Source of the DNA: an uncultured Holophaga sp.
GTDB taxonomy: Bacteria; Acidobacteriota; Holophagae; Holophagales; Holophagaceae
DNA length: 64,000 bases
Assembly: GCA_963664825.1 (NCBI GenBank)
Contig: OY761614.1
Location: 1,664,001 to 1,728,000 of the forward strand
Reading direction: 5' to 3'
The number at the start of each line of letters is the position of its first letter. The stretch's first letter is position 1. The translations under genes were made by a program, and so were the position numbers. Of the stretch, positions 37,379 to 46,670 are shown piece after piece. Under the pieces are notes generated by a model. It was not told where the DNA came from, did not search any database, and was given only the letters and a program-made list of their open reading frames with translations.

Positions 37379-38302
37379 ATGATGCCTACGCCCCTCCCCT
37401 TCACGCTCCGACAGATGCAGTACGCCCTGGCGGTTCTCGAGACCCGCAACTTCCGGCGGGCCGCGGAGCTCTGCGCAGTGGCCCAGCCCTCTCTGAGCTC
37501 CCAGCTGGCGGCCCTGGAGGCCTCCTTGGGGGTGGTCCTCTTCGAACGGGGCGGGGGCGGCGTGCGGGTGACGCCCCCGGGGGAGATCCTCCTGGCCCGC
37601 ATGGCCCGCCTCCTGGCCGAGAGCCAGGAACTGGTTCGGGAAGCCGGGGCTTGCCAGGACCCCCTCGCCGGGCCCCTGCGCCTGGGGGTGATCCCTACAC
37701 TCGCGCCCTACACGCTGCCCTTCCTGGTCCCCGCCCTCCGGGAGGCCTTCCCCCGTCTCCTCCCGCTCTGGACCGAAGCCCGCACCGATGTGCTGGTGGC
37801 CGCCCTCCAGAAGGGAGAATTGGAGGGCGCCATCCTGGCCCTGGAGGCCAATCTGGGGGATCTGGATCACCAAGTGCTGGGGGAGGACCCCTTCCGGGTC
37901 TGTCTCCCGGCTGGGCATTCCTTGGCCCGAAGCCACCGGGCGTTGCGGGTGGAGGAGCTGGAGGGAGAACACCTACTCCTCCTGGAGGATGGCCACTGCC
38001 TGAGGGACCAGGCCCTGGCGGCCTGCGGCCGGGCCCGGATCGAGGAATTGGGATACCGGGCCACCAGCCTGCCCACGCTGGTCCAGATGGTCGCCAGCGG
38101 TGTGGGCGTCACCCTGCTGCCCCGGCTGGCCGTGGCCACGGAAGCTGCCCGGGCTTCCGTGGTGCTGAGGCCCCTGGTCAAGCCTGCCCCTTTTCGCACC
38201 TTAGCCCTCGTCTGGCGCCGGGGCAGCTTTGCCGATGGGTCTATGCGGCGCCTGGGAACGGTGGCGGCCCAGGCCTTCCGGAAGCATCCGGACGGGATGT
38301 GA
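37379..38302 (+). CDS. oxyR: H2O2-sensing LysR regulator OxyR
   Basis: LysR HTH; LLEDGHCLRDQALAAC Cys pair; ATSLPTLVQMV. Confidence 0.93.
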   Translation: MMPTPLPFTLRQMQYALAVLETRNFRRAAELCAVAQPSLSSQLAALEASLGVVLFERGGGGVRVTPPGEILLARMARLLAESQELVREAGACQDPLAGPLRLGVIPTLAPYTLPFLVPALREAFPRLLPLWTEARTDVLVAALQKGELEGAILALEANLGDLDHQVLGEDPFRVCLPAGHSLARSHRALRVEELEGEHLLLLEDGHCLRDQALAACGRARIEELGYRATSLPTLVQMVASGVGVTLLPRLAVATEAARASVVLRPLVKPAPFRTLALVWRRGSFADGSMRRLGTVAAQAFRKHPDGM

Positions 38303-38359
38303 TTGAATCCACCGACTCCCCCGGCTAATCTCGAACGGTCCTTTGTCTGGAGGTTTACC

Positions 38360-38530
38360 ATGGCCCACAAGATCACCGATCCCTGCGTCGCCTGCGGCGC
38401 CTGCCTGCCTGAATGCCCTGTCGAGGCCATCAAGGAAGGCGACCCCATCTACGTCATCGATGCCGATACCTGCATCGATTGCGGCGCCTGCGCCGACACC
38501 TGCCCCTCCGGCGCCATCATCGCCGGTTGA
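38360..38530 (+). CDS. 2x[4Fe-4S] ferredoxin
   Basis: CVACGAC..ECP and CIDCGACADTCP; GGAGG RBS. Confidence 0.95.
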   Translation: MAHKITDPCVACGACLPECPVEAIKEGDPIYVIDADTCIDCGACADTCPSGAIIAG

Positions 38531-38547
38531 AACGCTTCACGTTTCAA

Positions 38548-38578
38548 GAGAAAAGGCCCGCAACGCGGGCCTTTTCTC
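38548..38578. terminator. Bidirectional terminator
   Basis: GAGAAAAGGCCCGC-AAC-GCGGGCCTTTTCTC between the convergent ferredoxin and pyrB genes. Confidence 0.85.
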
Positions 38579-38600
38579 ACATACGCCGCGGAGCGGCGTA

Positions 38601-39560
38601 TCAGGGCACCTGCTCTCCGTGGGGATTGGATAGCAGGTAGAGTACGGCCATGCGCACGGGCACGCCGTTGGTCACCTGGCTGAGGATCACGCTATTGGGG
38701 CCATCGGCCACTTCGGAGGTGATCTCGAAACCGCGATTCATGGGGCCTGGATGCAGGAGGACCACATCCTTCCGGGCCCGTTTCATGCGGGCAGCGTTGA
38801 TCTGGTAGTAGCGGATGTATTCGCCCTGGCCGGGGATGAACTGGCCCGTGCCCCGCTCGAACTGGGCCCGCAGCATCATGATGGCGTCCATCTCGGGGAT
38901 GACCGAATCCAGGTCGTAGCTGAATTCCATCATGGGCCAGGTGTCCTTCAGCTCCGTGGGCAGCAGGGTGGGCGGCCCCACCAGCGTGACCTTGGCGCCC
39001 ATCTTGGTGAGCAGCCAGAGATTGGAGCGCACCACGCGGCTGTGGCGGATATCGCCCACGATGGCGACCTTGAGCCCCTCGAAGGTGCCGAACCGCTCGC
39101 GCAGTGTGTAGGCGTCCAGCAGGGCCTGGGTGGGATGCTCATGGGCGCCGTCACCGGCATTGACGATGCTCGCCTTCATGTGGCGGGCCAGCAGCGCGTG
39201 GGCTCCGGGGGCGCTATGGCGCATGACGATGAGATCCGGGTGCATGGCCTCCAGGTTCATGGCCGTATCCACGAGGGTCTCGCCCTTGCTGAGAGAGCTG
39301 GTGTCGGCGTCGAAGTTGATGATTTCGGCGGAGAGTCGTTTTTCCGCGATTTCAAAACTATTTCGGGTGCGTGTGGAGTTCTCGAAGAAGAGATTTACCA
39401 CCAGCCGCTTGCGCAGGGCCGGCACGATCTTGATATCGGGCCGCTCACAGACCTCTTCGAAGGCCTTGGCCTGATCGAGAATGGTGGTGATGTCCTGGGG
39501 GCTGAGGGGCTCGATGCCCAGCAGATGTTTGTGGGGAAAGCTATAGCGCGGTGTAGTCAT
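38601..39560 (-). CDS. pyrB: Aspartate carbamoyltransferase catalytic subunit
   Basis: [35 protein letters not shown]. Confidence 0.96.
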   Translation of the reverse strand: MTTPRYSFPHKHLLGIEPLSPQDITTILDQAKAFEEVCERPDIKIVPALRKRLVVNLFFENSTRTRNSFEIAEKRLSAEIINFDADTSSLSKGETLVDTAMNLEAMHPDLIVMRHSAPGAHALLARHMKASIVNAGDGAHEHPTQALLDAYTLRERFGTFEGLKVAIVGDIRHSRVVRSNLWLLTKMGAKVTLVGPPTLLPTELKDTWPMMEFSYDLDSVIPEMDAIMMLRAQFERGTGQFIPGQGEYIRYYQINAARMKRARKDVVLLHPGPMNRGFEITSEVADGPNSVILSQVTNGVPVRMAVLYLLSNPHGEQVP

Positions 39561-39561
39561 C

Positions 39562-40107
39562 TCAGATGCGTCCTTCCAGGAAGACTCCGTCCACCTTGTC
39601 GATCTCCACGACCCGCACGGAGACCCGCTGGTTGAGGGGAACCTCCAGCTTCAGGCCCACGAAATCGGCCTGGATGGGCAGCTCGCGGCCCCCGCGGTCC
39701 ACTAGCACCGCCAACCAGACCCGCTTGGGCCGCCCCAGATCCTGGAGGGCGTCCAGGGCGGCGCGGATGGTGCGCCCCGTGAAGAGCACGTCGTCCACCA
39801 GGACCACCGTCTTGCCCTTGAGCCGGAAGGGAATCTCCGTGGGACGCACGATGGGGCTGCCGGCCAGTTCCGTCAGATCGTCCCGGTAGAGCGTGATATC
39901 CAGGATCCCGATGGGCACGTCGCGCCCCAGGAGGGTCTCGAGTTTCGTTCCCAGGCGTTCGGCCAGGGGCAGGCCCCGGCTGCGGATGCCGATCAGGACC
40001 AGGTTCTCGTCATGGCCGAAGGCCGCTGCGATCTCCCGGGCCACCCTCAGCAGGTAGGCATCCATCTGTTGGGGATCGAGCAGGCAGGGTGCTGGGGATT
40101 CGTTCAT
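39562..40107 (-). CDS. pyrR: PyrR (attenuation protein / uracil phosphoribosyltransferase)
   Basis: [36 protein letters not shown]. Confidence 0.95.
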   Translation of the reverse strand: MNESPAPCLLDPQQMDAYLLRVAREIAAAFGHDENLVLIGIRSRGLPLAERLGTKLETLLGRDVPIGILDITLYRDDLTELAGSPIVRPTEIPFRLKGKTVVLVDDVLFTGRTIRAALDALQDLGRPKRVWLAVLVDRGGRELPIQADFVGLKLEVPLNQRVSVRVVEIDKVDGVFLEGRI

Positions 40108-40200
40108 GGAGGCTCCAGTGCGGGCACTCTCTCAGTTTAGTGCACCCGGTGCTCAATTACCCCGGGATCTAGTCCAGGAAGTCTGGAAGGGCGTCTGGGT

Positions 40201-41778
40201 CTAGCGTTTCCGCGTCCCCTTGGACCAACGGACTTTTAAGGCTTCGGCCTCCGGGTTGCCCGGTGCCAGGCGCAACACCTCCGCCAGATCTGCCAGGGCC
40301 TCCGGCCGCCGATTCATTCTTTCCCTCAACAGGGCCCGCCTCAGGAAGCCCCAGGTATTGGCCGGTTCCAGGGCGATGATCTCGTCGTATTCGGCTTCGG
40401 CTTCCAGGAAGTGGCTCCTTTCCTCCGCGGCCTCGCCGCAGAGCAGGTTCGTCACCGCACAAAACCCCAACCACTTCTTCTGCTCGGCGAATTCCGCGCT
40501 CGTATAGACCGAGCGAGCTTGCTCCTGGGTGGCCACGGCCTCCAGGTGGCGCAGGGCCCGCTCGGTGTGGCCATCCACCCGGGCGAAGACCTCCGCATCC
40601 CCGGTGGCCCGAAAGAAGTCCTTCCCCACGCGGCCCTCGGCCCGGTAGCGCTCGAAGAGCCGGGTGCCGGGATAGATGGCCAGGGGGGATATCTGCACAT
40701 CGTGGGGTCGGGTCTCCCGGATGAAGGCGGCGCTGGCTTCCACGTCCTCCCAGGTTTCGCCGGGAATGCCTGTGATGAGGTACATGCCCAGGTTCAGGCC
40801 CACCTTGCGCACCAGGGAGAGGGCCTGGCGGGCCTGGCGCATGTTCGTGCCCTTGTCCAGCAGCGCCAGCACCCGCTCGCTGGCATGCTCCACCCCGAAC
40901 TGCATGAACTCGCAGCCCGCGCGCTTCATGGCCACCAGGCGCTCCTCATCGACTAGGTTCACGCGGCTCTGGCAGTTCCAGAGGGGGTGCAAGCCCGAGG
41001 CCTGGATCTGCGCCATGAGTTCCAGGGTGCGGCTCTTCTTGGCCGTGAAGGTGTCGTCCCGGAAGCTGATGTAGGTGAGGCCGTGCTTTTCCCGCAGGAA
41101 GCGAATCTCCTGCAAGACGGAAGCCGCGCTGCGGAAACGGATGGAGGAACCCCAGAATGCCGGCGTGTTGCAGAAAGTGCAGGTGGCTGGGCAGCCACGG
41201 CTGGTGCTGATGTAGGCGAGCTGGCCCGGATCATCCAGGAAGTCGGCCTCGAAGTGCAGGGCGGGAAAGGGAATGGAATCCAGGTCCTCCAGGGGGGGCT
41301 GGGGCAGGGTTTCTCCCTGGCGCAGGATGAGGCCCGGCGAGCGCTTCCAGTGGTCCTCGCCTGGTGCCAGGGCCAGGGCCTCCATTACGCCCAGGAGGGG
41401 CAGCTCTCCCTCCCCCTTCACGATGGCATCCAGGGCCGGGCATTCCTGGAAGACATCGGCCGCCAGATGCGTGGGATGGGGCCCCCCCGCCAGCAGCGCG
41501 GCCTTCGGACGAGCCTCCCGGGCCCAGGACAAGAGCTCGAAGCAGCGCTTGCGATTGAAGGTGAACATGGAGACGCCGATGAGCTCGGCCTCCTGGGAGC
41601 GGAAGTAGGCCAGCACCTCCTTGCGGGATAGGCCCGAGAGGTTCGCCAGGCGGCAGGGATAGCCCTTCTGTTTCAGGGCGGCCTGCAAGTAGCCCAGCCC
41701 GATGGGGAGAAAGCGCATCCATTCGTCGCCAGAGCCGCTGCGGGGGGCGCTGTAGACCAGCAGGGCCCGCGGCTTCAC
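40201..41778 (-). CDS. B12-binding radical SAM protein with C-terminal TPR
   Basis: PIGLGYL..GGPHPT..KGEGE B12 domain; SRGCPATCTFC; C-terminal TPR-like helices. Confidence 0.9.
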   Translation of the reverse strand: MKPRALLVYSAPRSGSGDEWMRFLPIGLGYLQAALKQKGYPCRLANLSGLSRKEVLAYFRSQEAELIGVSMFTFNRKRCFELLSWAREARPKAALLAGGPHPTHLAADVFQECPALDAIVKGEGELPLLGVMEALALAPGEDHWKRSPGLILRQGETLPQPPLEDLDSIPFPALHFEADFLDDPGQLAYISTSRGCPATCTFCNTPAFWGSSIRFRSAASVLQEIRFLREKHGLTYISFRDDTFTAKKSRTLELMAQIQASGLHPLWNCQSRVNLVDEERLVAMKRAGCEFMQFGVEHASERVLALLDKGTNMRQARQALSLVRKVGLNLGMYLITGIPGETWEDVEASAAFIRETRPHDVQISPLAIYPGTRLFERYRAEGRVGKDFFRATGDAEVFARVDGHTERALRHLEAVATQEQARSVYTSAEFAEQKKWLGFCAVTNLLCGEAAEERSHFLEAEAEYDEIIALEPANTWGFLRRALLRERMNRRPEALADLAEVLRLAPGNPEAEALKVRWSKGTRKR

Positions 41779-42887
41779 GCGGGCTCCCGGGGCGCCAGGA
41801 TGCCTTCGAAGCCCTCGTCCTGGCGACGCAGGATGCCCTGCAGAAGGCGCTGGAAGAAGGGACTGGGCTTGGGCCCGAGGACATAGGCCGCGGCGGCCTT
41901 CAGCTCCGTGCCCAGCCCCATGAGGGCCGAGGCCTCCAGATCGGAACCCAGCAGGAGGAAGGGCATCCGCGCCGGCAGTACCTCCACCAGGGCCCGCAGG
42001 CGCTTGCGGTCGTCCAGGCTGAGGCTGGCCAGGTGGAAGAGCACTAGAGCCGGGTGGCCCATGGCCGCTTCCTTCACCGTCGCCAGCGTCGGGGGTATCC
42101 GGCGCAGGCTTGGGAGGCCCACCAAATAATCCCGCAGAGCCTGCTCCAATTCTGGGGAACTCGAGACCAGCACCAGTCCACCCCCTTCGGTAGGGGGCAG
42201 AGGGCTCAAGGGGGTCAGCCCCTTCACCCGGTCCTTATCCTCCTCCCGCCTTTGGAAAATCCAGCGGGAAAGGGGCGTCAGCATGGCCTCCGGCAGGATG
42301 GGCAGGAATTCCAATCCCAGGCTGCGTCCCTGGGCCCACCTCACCAGGGCCGGACTATTGATCTTGAGCTCCGGCTCGAGGGGAATGGTGACCGTCATGA
42401 GGTCGCCGGTCTGGAAGAGGCTCTCCAGGTGATCCTGGGAGGCGTGGATCTGGGCGCCCGTGGTGCTCAGGTTGGTGAGAGCGCCGGAGCGGAGTTGGAA
42501 GTGAGGCGTGCTGAAGGTGACCTCCACCCGGCCCACCCGCTCGACCCGGTAGGCGCCCCGCAGATCGTCATCCTGGAGGAGCTTGGGAATTTCGAGTTTG
42601 AGGCTGCGTCGACCCTCCACCTGGCCGAGGCCGAGCAGGCGGGTCTTGCCCTCGAGAAAGCGGGTGGAAAAGGGAAAGCGGAATCGGAGATCGGCGCTGC
42701 GCAATCCGTACATGGCGTCTTCGGCGCTCATGGTGATCCGCACATGGAGGGCATCCCCTTCGATCTGGAGAAAATTCGATTCGAAGCGGAGGTAGGGCGT
42801 GACCAGGATCAGCAGCTCCCGATGGGCACAGGCGAGCTCCAGGATGTCCTGGACCTCTTTAGGGGTGCTCGCGACAAACTGGCCCAT
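41775..42887 (-). CDS. PilZ-domain protein with receiver-like C-terminus (paralog 1)
   Basis: RGAYR (RxxxR) and NLSTTG ([DN]xSxxG); clear similarity to the two following genes. Confidence 0.8.
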   Translation of the reverse strand: MGQFVASTPKEVQDILELACAHRELLILVTPYLRFESNFLQIEGDALHVRITMSAEDAMYGLRSADLRFRFPFSTRFLEGKTRLLGLGQVEGRRSLKLEIPKLLQDDDLRGAYRVERVGRVEVTFSTPHFQLRSGALTNLSTTGAQIHASQDHLESLFQTGDLMTVTIPLEPELKINSPALVRWAQGRSLGLEFLPILPEAMLTPLSRWIFQRREEDKDRVKGLTPLSPLPPTEGGGLVLVSSSPELEQALRDYLVGLPSLRRIPPTLATVKEAAMGHPALVLFHLASLSLDDRKRLRALVEVLPARMPFLLLGSDLEASALMGLGTELKAAAAYVLGPKPSPFFQRLLQGILRRQDEGFEGILAPREPA

Positions 42888-42990
42888 CCCCTCCCCGGAT
42901 CGCCTAGTGCAGGCTCGTGTAACAATAGAATGGCGTACTTCCTAAACTGTATCCCCTTCCCGGCACGATAAGAGGAGATCGGAGGCTTCG

Positions 42991-44115
42991 GTGGGCAACA
43001 TTCTCAAGGGGCAGGAGGAGATCCGGGGCGTGCTGGCCTTGGCCTGTTCCCGGAGAGAACTGCTGGTCTTGGTCACGCCCTACCTCCGCTTCGAATCCAG
43101 TTTCGTGGCCCTGGAAGGCGATGAACTGCATGTGCTGGCTACCATGAGCCGGGACGACGCGATCTTCGGACTCAAGACCGGCGAGCTCAAGCTGCGCTTT
43201 CCCCAGGGCATGGGTTTCTTCGAAGCCTCCGTCCAGATGCTGGGCCTGGGCCTTCACGAGGGTCGTCGCACCCTGCGGCTCTCCCTTCCCAAGGTCATCC
43301 AGGAAAATGACCAGCGCGTGGCCTATCGCGTCGAGCGGGTGGGCCGGGTGGAGGTCACCTTCAGCACCCCGAAGGCCGATATCTTTACAGCCACCCTGCT
43401 GGATGTGAGCACCAGCGGCGCGCGGATCCATGTCCACCAGGATCTGCCGGAAGGCTCCCTGCATTCCGGGGACCGGATCCTGGTCTCCATTCCCCTCAAT
43501 GAGGAAATCCGCATCCAGGCAGGCGCCCTGGTCTGCCATCTGAGGGGGCGCAGCCTGGGCCTGCACTACCACCTCGAACCCGGGGCCGAGGTCCTGGGCC
43601 CCCTTTCCCGTTGGGTCTTTCTCCGCCGTGAGGAGGAGCGGGAACGTCTCACCCAGCGCATGGAGCTGACGGCGAGGGCCGAGACCCGGAGCAGCATCCC
43701 GGAACTGGGCATCCTGCTGATCAGTGCCGATCCCGAGCTGGAGAACGAACTGAGGGCCAGCCTGGAGGAGATCCGCACCCTGACGCGGCTGGCGCCCGGT
43801 GCCCAGGCCCTGAAGGAAGCCCTGCTGGTCAATCCCTCCCTGGCGATCTTCCATGTGGGCGGGGCCGGGCTCGACGAACGTCGGCGTCTCAAGACCCTCC
43901 TGGAGATCGCTCAACGCAAGGTCCCCACGCTGCTCTTGGGCACCGAGTTGGATGGGGCCACCCTCTTCGAATTGGCCGGTGAATGGAAGGCATCGAGCGC
44001 CATGAACTGGCATGCCGGTCGCGGCGCCTTCCTCCAGCGCCTCGTGCGGGGCATGATCCGACGCCACATGGATGTGGGCGAAGGGCCCCTGGCCCCCCGG
44101 GAGACGGGGTCCTGA
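42991..44115 (+). CDS. PilZ-domain protein with receiver-like C-terminus (paralog 2)
   Basis: RVAYR and DVSTSG; shares LVTPYLRFES and YRVERVGRVEVTFSTP with paralog 1. Confidence 0.8.
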   Translation: MGNILKGQEEIRGVLALACSRRELLVLVTPYLRFESSFVALEGDELHVLATMSRDDAIFGLKTGELKLRFPQGMGFFEASVQMLGLGLHEGRRTLRLSLPKVIQENDQRVAYRVERVGRVEVTFSTPKADIFTATLLDVSTSGARIHVHQDLPEGSLHSGDRILVSIPLNEEIRIQAGALVCHLRGRSLGLHYHLEPGAEVLGPLSRWVFLRREEERERLTQRMELTARAETRSSIPELGILLISADPELENELRASLEEIRTLTRLAPGAQALKEALLVNPSLAIFHVGGAGLDERRRLKTLLEIAQRKVPTLLLGTELDGATLFELAGEWKASSAMNWHAGRGAFLQRLVRGMIRRHMDVGEGPLAPRETGS

Positions 44116-44737
44116 GCCCCGGGAGCGCAAGGTGAAGCTGCCCTTTCGGGAATTCCCCAGGGTATCGGGAGCCCTCGCAGGTCCCTTCCGGGACGAAGTC
44201 CTGGCCGAGCTCTGCGCACGGCGCCAGGCTTGCCTCCTGGCCACCCCCTACCTCAGCTTCGAATCCCGGGTGATGGAAATCGTGGGGGGGGAACTCCGAG
44301 TGCGGGCCACCATGAGCCGGGAAGCGGTCAAGCATGCCCTGGGCCAGGAACCGCTGAAATTGCGCTTCCCCTGGGGCCTGGCCTTCTATGGCGGCTTCAC
44401 CCGGGTGCTGGGCTATGAGCAGGGTGAGCAGCGCCGCACCCTGCGCCTGGCCATTCCTGCGAGCCTGGAGCCCGATGAACAGCGCGGGGCCTATCGGCTG
44501 GAACGGGTGGGCCGCAGTCAGGGCGCCTTGGGCAGTGCTGCCGGGAGTCTGCTTCGGATCTCCCTGGAGAATATTTCCCTGCTGGGGGCCGGTGTCTTCT
44601 GCATGGAGCCCATCCCTGTGGAGGGATTCCAGACGGGACGCCTGTTGGCCTTGGCCCTGAGTCTCGAGCAAGGTCCCAGTCTCCGTCTGGAGGCTCGGGT
44701 CTGCCACGGCCAGGGCCAATATCTTGGCCTAAAATTT

Positions 44738-46067
44738 GGTTCTTCGCGGATTTGCGTGAAGTAGGTCGGCAGTGGCGGATTTCAGGCATCTTGGGTTTGT
44801 CGAGAACTCGAGATGAAGGAGGCCGCCACTGCCTACCAAAGAGCTTATGTCCCGCTTGGGCGGGTGGAAAGGGCAACGCGTCGGAATCGTGGAGCGCTTC
44901 GAAGCCGGGGTGAAGGGGCCGCGGGCCGAGGTGTGGATCGAGTTGCTTGGGTTCGGCGATCATCCCCGGAAGTGCAGCGGTTGTGGGCATTTCGTGCGGA
45001 GCGTCCACGACTGGTCAGAGCGGGAGATCCGCGACCTTCCGCTGTTCGACGCCGACACAGTCCTAGTGGTGTGGCGGGCTCGAGTAGCCTGCCCCCGGTG
45101 CGGCCCGAAGCTGGAAGCCCTGGACTGGTTGGAGCCCCATGCCCGGATCACGAACCGGCTTGCCGCGAGCGTGGCGCGGCTTTGCAAGGTCATGCCCATC
45201 AAACAGGTCGCGGAGCACTATGACCTGCACTGGGGCACGGTGAAGGCGATCGACAAGGCTTACCTGGACCGAGAACTTGGGCCCGTGAAGCTGAGCAAGG
45301 CGAGGCTTCTTCTGATGGACGAATTCGCCATCCACAAGGGACAGAGCTATGCCACGGTCATCACGGATGCGGAAACGCGTCGCGTGCTCTGGGTCGGGAA
45401 AGGGCGTGGCCGCGAGGACATCCGCCCGTTCTTCGATCTGATCGGGAAGAAGGGCTGCAAACGGATCCAGGCCGTGGGCATAGACATGTCGGCGGCCTTC
45501 GAAGGCGAAGTCCGGGCGCGCTGTCCCAACGCCGAGATCGTCTACGACCAGTTTCATGTCGTGGCAAAGTACGGCCATGACGTCATCGACCGGATCCGGG
45601 TGGATGAGGCCAATCGATACCGGCACGACAAGGCCTCGCGGGAGCTCGTCAAGGGCGCGAAGTGGCTCCTGCTGGGCAATTGGGAGAACCTGCCGAATCG
45701 GGATGCCAAAGTCCGCCTCAACGAGTTATTGGACGCGAACCAGCCTCTGATGACCGCCTACGTGCTGAAAGACGCCCTGAAGGCACTGTGGCGCTACACG
45801 CGGGAGGGCTGGGCTCTGAAGGCCTGGGAGAACTGGATGGAACTCGCCACCTCAAGTGGACTCCAGCCCCTCGTGAAGTTCGCCAAGAATCTCGCCCAGC
45901 GGATCGACGGAATCCTCTCCCATTGCCGCTGGCCGCTCAATACCAGCGTCCAGGAAGGGATCAACAACAAGATCAAAGTCCTCAAGCGCATCGCCTACGG
46001 CTACCGGGATGAGGGCTACTTCTTCCTTAAGATCCGTGCGGCCTTCCCCGGAAAAACGTGAAGAACC
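44738..46067 (+). mobile_element. Complete ISL3-family insertion sequence (1330 bp)
   Basis: IRs GGTTCTTCGCG... / GGTTCTTCACG... (reverse complement); 8-bp target duplication TAAAATTT at 44730-44737 and 46068-46075. Confidence 0.95.
44847..46061 (+). CDS. ISL3 transposase
   Basis: CSGC..CPRC zinc ribbon, LMDE, IDMS, YDQFHV, EGINNKIK...AYGYR. Confidence 0.95.
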   Translation: MSRLGGWKGQRVGIVERFEAGVKGPRAEVWIELLGFGDHPRKCSGCGHFVRSVHDWSEREIRDLPLFDADTVLVVWRARVACPRCGPKLEALDWLEPHARITNRLAASVARLCKVMPIKQVAEHYDLHWGTVKAIDKAYLDRELGPVKLSKARLLLMDEFAIHKGQSYATVITDAETRRVLWVGKGRGREDIRPFFDLIGKKGCKRIQAVGIDMSAAFEGEVRARCPNAEIVYDQFHVVAKYGHDVIDRIRVDEANRYRHDKASRELVKGAKWLLLGNWENLPNRDAKVRLNELLDANQPLMTAYVLKDALKALWRYTREGWALKAWENWMELATSSGLQPLVKFAKNLAQRIDGILSHCRWPLNTSVQEGINNKIKVLKRIAYGYRDEGYFFLKIRAAFPGKT

Positions 46068-46670
46068 TAAAATTTGATCCCCCTCCTTCCCCGGAAATCG
46101 CCGCCCAGCTTCAGGATTGGATGGCCCCTCGCGTAGAGGAGGCCCGCCGCCATTGGGAGGATCGGGCCGAACTCCGGGCTCGGGCCGAGGAGGCGGCCAA
46201 GCCCAAACAGCCCCCCGAGGGTGTCCTGCTGGTCTCACGGGATGGGGAGCTCGTCCTTGAAGTGGCTAGCGCCCTGGAGGGTCTCCACACATTGAGGGCC
46301 ACCCCGCCTGTCATGGGCCCCTTCAAGGAGGCTCTCGAGCCCCCACCCCTGCTCCTGCTGGTGGATACCGTGGGCATCGATGGGGAGGAGCGCCATCGCC
46401 TGCGGGGACTCTTGGAGGCTCAACCACCGGGCTGCCCCATCCTGGTGCTGGGGCGGGGAGGGGATCCCGAGGCCTGGCGCCCCCTCGTCACGGAGCTGAA
46501 GGCCCATCTCTACATCACCTGGAACCTCGCACAGGTGAGCTTTTTCCGCCGACTGGTACAGGGCCTCATCCTCCGTCATGGGAGAAGGCAGGCCGCCGCC
46601 CTCTGAACCGAGATCACAGGCCGCCGATCGTTGGCCAGGCGACTGGTAGAATCATGCTCCTGGAGAGCCC

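Larger units (their letters stand above)
44132..46606 (+). pseudogene. PilZ-domain paralog 3 interrupted by ISL3
   Basis: RGAYR and NISLLG. Removing 44738-46075 restores the in-frame sequence ...GQYLGLKF|DPPPSPE... and a full-length paralog. Confidence 0.88.

Noticed and set aside
40108..40200. PyrR-binding attenuator upstream of pyrR-pyrB
   Set aside because: No PyrR binding-loop consensus or terminator/antiterminator pair is visible on the coding strand.
40201..41778. B12 radical SAM as maturase of the GG peptide
   Set aside because: It is 35 kb away, has host-like composition, lies outside the island and shows no recognisable RRE or SPASM domain.
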